DNA of 36,543 nucleotides from Bacillota bacterium. GTDB taxonomy: Bacteria; Bacillota; UBA4882; UBA10575. Positions 36,341 through 36,543 of the stretch are shown piece after piece. The stretch is taken from positions 3,676 to 40,218 of the forward strand of contig DOID01000023.1 of the NCBI GenBank assembly GCA_003511465.1. Reading direction: 5' to 3'. The translations under genes and the position numbers were made by a program. The stretch's first letter is position 1; the number at the start of each line of letters is the position of its first letter. Below the pieces are notes generated by a model that saw only the letters and a program-made list of their open reading frames with translations, had not been told where the DNA came from and made no database searches.

Positions 36341-36543
36341 TATAATGCTCCCATAAGGTGAGACACAAAAATAAAAAAGTAAGTTATAATGAAAGCATGA
36401 AAAAGAGAAACCAGTATTCAGCCGAATTTAAAAGCAAAATAGTACTTGAGATGCTACAAGAAACCTCCACGATTAATGAAATCTCTGCTAAGTATAGTAT
36501 TAGTCCTGTAACAATCAGTTGTTGGAAGAGCGAGTTTATGGAA
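36341..36543 (+). mobile_element. Left end of an IS3-family insertion sequence (continues beyond window)
   Basis: IR-like TATAATGCTCCCATAAGGTGAGACAC followed by an HTH transposase ORF. Confidence 0.7.
36397..36543 (+). CDS. IS3-family transposase OrfA (HTH), 3'-partial
   Basis: MKKRNQYSAEFKSKIVLEMLQETSTINEISAKYSISPVTISCWKSEFME matches the YS.EFK..IV...IA.KY.I....I..WK HTH_Tnp_1 pattern. Confidence 0.85.
   Translation, partial: MKKRNQYSAEFKSKIVLEMLQETSTINEISAKYSISPVTISCWKSEFME

Noticed and set aside
36148-36345. 65-aa ORF with GNAT-like IDPAMRHNGCG motif
   Set aside because: TTG start is too close to the RBS; the overlapping frame with a signal peptide explains the region better; motif may be chance (not fully excluded)

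Overview
Mostly core chromosome of an anaerobic, endospore-forming Firmicute (Bacillota); a probable beta-barrel protein and a PpiD-like chaperone hint at a diderm lineage (inference). Gene order: der(5'-partial)-plsY-gpsA-secreted CBM9/DOMON-like protein-spoIVA-hup-lepB-MBL hydrolase-hemZ-PpiD/PrsA-like foldase-hisS-aspS-[repeat 1]-6S RNA-5-formyl-THF cyclo-ligase-pspC(-)-addB-like-addA-like-folE2(-)-[repeat 2]-dacF-spoIIAA-spoIIAB-sigF-folP-folK-ltaE-2Fe-2S ferredoxin-[repeat-end remnant]-[FeFe] hydrogenase-tRNA-Val(GAC)-yqzL-T-box-pheS-pheT. An AT-rich tail follows, with a beta-barrel-like gene, a decayed secreted-protein gene and the start of an IS3-family element. The most unusual signal is a non-coding, modular, highly structured interspersed element that I do not recognise: a 161-bp copy, a 257-bp copy and a 15-bp end remnant. 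It shows compensatory base changes, a hairpin arm gained or lost as a unit, a repeated internal-loop motif, and positions next to promoter -10 boxes and at the junction where a hydrogenase subunit gene is missing.
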